DNA from: Zygnema circumcarinatum SAG 698-1b
Taxonomy: Eukaryota > Plantae > Zygnematophyceae
NCBI GenBank assembly: GCA_037447605.1
Contig: CM074806.1
Location: 620,001 to 684,000 of the forward strand
Direction: 5' to 3'
Length of the DNA stretch: 64,000 bases
The position numbers and the translations under genes are program-made. Under the pieces are notes generated by a model that saw nothing but the letters and a program-made list of their open reading frames with translations, made no database searches and was not told the DNA's origin. Below are positions 62,521 through 64,000 of the stretch, piece after piece. How positions within the stretch are numbered: the first letter of the stretch is position 1; each line of letters opens with the position of its first letter.

Positions 62521-63777
62521 ATGGTTTCCTTAGAGAGGAGGCAGCATGCGCTGGGACTGGCTCTGAGAGTGGCAATTATCTGCAGCAGCTTGGTGTGGGG
62601 CTGCCACAGCGAGGCGGTTTCAGATGGGGGGGTCTCGCTGGGCCCTCTGGAGAGAGAAAAGTCTTTTTTTTTCAATGAGACGGAGTCCTTCGATGCAAGG
62701 GGGCGACTCCGAGGGGAACAGGGAAGGCGACGGCTGCTGGAGATACCGGAGGAGGAGCATGTCTTCACAGATGACGAGCCGGAAAGTCCCGACTATGTGA
62801 AGCTCGTGGAGCATCTGGAGGCCCCAGCACACGAGTCTCTCTTCTTAATCAAAAACTATGTCACCTGCTCCGCAATCCCTATCGAGGCCGTCCCGCCCTC
62901 TGACGGAAGCGCCGGCATCGTCGTGGAATTCGATGGTGAATTCGGATACGAGATGCTCGCCGTTCTCCCCTACGCATATTACCACTACGTTAATGGCGGC
63001 CTCCTCGGAACTGTCAGCTGCGGCGACAGCTCCATGTCCGTGTTCTACTTTTTCAGCCCCAACCACCAGACCAATCCGCGCTGCAAGCGGCACTTTAAGT
63101 GGGAGGGCATCCGCCAGTTCGGTTGGACCCGCGGCCTGCATGAGAGCGACATTCCCAAGGCATGGACCCCGCCTCCTCTCAGCGTCCACTTCTCGCGCTG
63201 CCCCAGAGTCTGGCAGGAAATTCCGAAGGGCGCGAAGCTGGTCATCATCGCGAACAAGTTTTCTCGCGAGTGGGATAAGGCGCCAGTTAATTTCCTGGAC
63301 GTGAAGACCCTCCGCACGGTGCTGAACCTGTTCTTAGAGGCGGGCTTCTACGTGGTCTACAACAGAGCGCAGACGATGATGGAGATGGAGAGCAGGGAGG
63401 AGATGCATGGCGCGCGTCTGGATGACTTCAAGGTTGTGCGGAAGATGTATTTGGACCCGAACGTGGGCAGCCGGATCCGCGTGATGCAGGACATTTACAA
63501 GGGCATTTCGGGCATCTCTTATAATGAGCTGCAGCTGCGCCTGATGTCTCGGGCGAAGTGCTTCACGAGCGTGCAGGGCGGGACGAGCATTCTGTCGAGC
63601 TACTTTGGAGGCAGGAATTTGATCTACGCGCGGGAGGGGCATGAGGTGGAGTTCAATGTGTTCCCGAGGGTCTATCCGCGCCTCTCGGGAGCGGAGATAG
63701 TGGTGACGAATACGTATGCAGATTTCGTGGAGCAGGTCAAGGATATGATCGCAAACGGGCCTTGTGAGACTCAATAG
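62521..63777 (+). CDS. Intronless 418-aa signal-peptide/anchor protein of unknown function, possibly glycosyltransferase-like
   Basis: Long open frame with high GC3; N-terminal hydrophobic segment; globular C-terminal ~290 aa with motifs EFGYEMLAVLPYAYY, WTPPPL, IIANKFSREW..APVNF, NELQL, FTSVQGG.S.LSSYFGG.NLIY. Confidence 0.8.
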   Translation: MVSLERRQHALGLALRVAIICSSLVWGCHSEAVSDGGVSLGPLEREKSFFFNETESFDARGRLRGEQGRRRLLEIPEEEHVFTDDEPESPDYVKLVEHLEAPAHESLFLIKNYVTCSAIPIEAVPPSDGSAGIVVEFDGEFGYEMLAVLPYAYYHYVNGGLLGTVSCGDSSMSVFYFFSPNHQTNPRCKRHFKWEGIRQFGWTRGLHESDIPKAWTPPPLSVHFSRCPRVWQEIPKGAKLVIIANKFSREWDKAPVNFLDVKTLRTVLNLFLEAGFYVVYNRAQTMMEMESREEMHGARLDDFKVVRKMYLDPNVGSRIRVMQDIYKGISGISYNELQLRLMSRAKCFTSVQGGTSILSSYFGGRNLIYAREGHEVEFNVFPRVYPRLSGAEIVVTNTYADFVEQVKDMIANGPCETQ

Positions 63778-64000
63778 AGGAAAGGAGAGAAAGGGAGGGA
63801 GGGAGGGAGAGAGAGAGGGGAGTGGGGTAAATAGGGAGAGAGGTTGACAGACTGACGAGGCTTTTAGATGTTACTATTGTTAATATCTTTTTAAAAAAAT
63901 GAGGTAGTCTTTACGTGATTTTTGAAGGATTCTCGAGCATAAAAGTAGCTGTCAAAAAGGGAAAAAAAAGTTTTCCTGGCCAACAAATGTAGACTGGGGT

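Overview
Intron-rich eukaryotic DNA with GT-AG introns, GA/CT microsatellites and TTTAGGG-like repeats. Gene content (GT47 MUR3-like, RabF2, RRP41L, plant-type RING-CH) points to a green-plant lineage, most likely a streptophyte alga; the taxon is an inference. Most listed six-frame ORFs are artefacts of low-complexity DNA, so gene models were rebuilt by hand from splice signals. 1-23 kb is an accessory region: a decayed CRE-like retroelement fragment, a six-element nest of non-autonomous DNA transposons with every TSD readable, further MITEs, and three paralogous secreted LRR+EGF genes. Two of these paralogues have nucleotide-identical N-cap and EGF segments but divergent LRR faces. 24-33 kb holds two Golgi-type glycan enzymes: an apparent fucosyltransferase-like/carbohydrate sulfotransferase fusion and a GT47 MUR3-like gene. 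34-43 kb holds a winged-helix AAA+ ATPase resembling bacterial Afp15/Pvc15-type ATPases, cut by a scaffold gap. 43-64 kb holds RabF2, a RING-CH E3, an RRP41L/RluA pair bracketed by two identical tRNA-Asp genes, a CHR chromate transporter, a minisatellite block, and an intronless secreted ORF of possible foreign origin. No database searches were run; all family calls rest on motif recognition.
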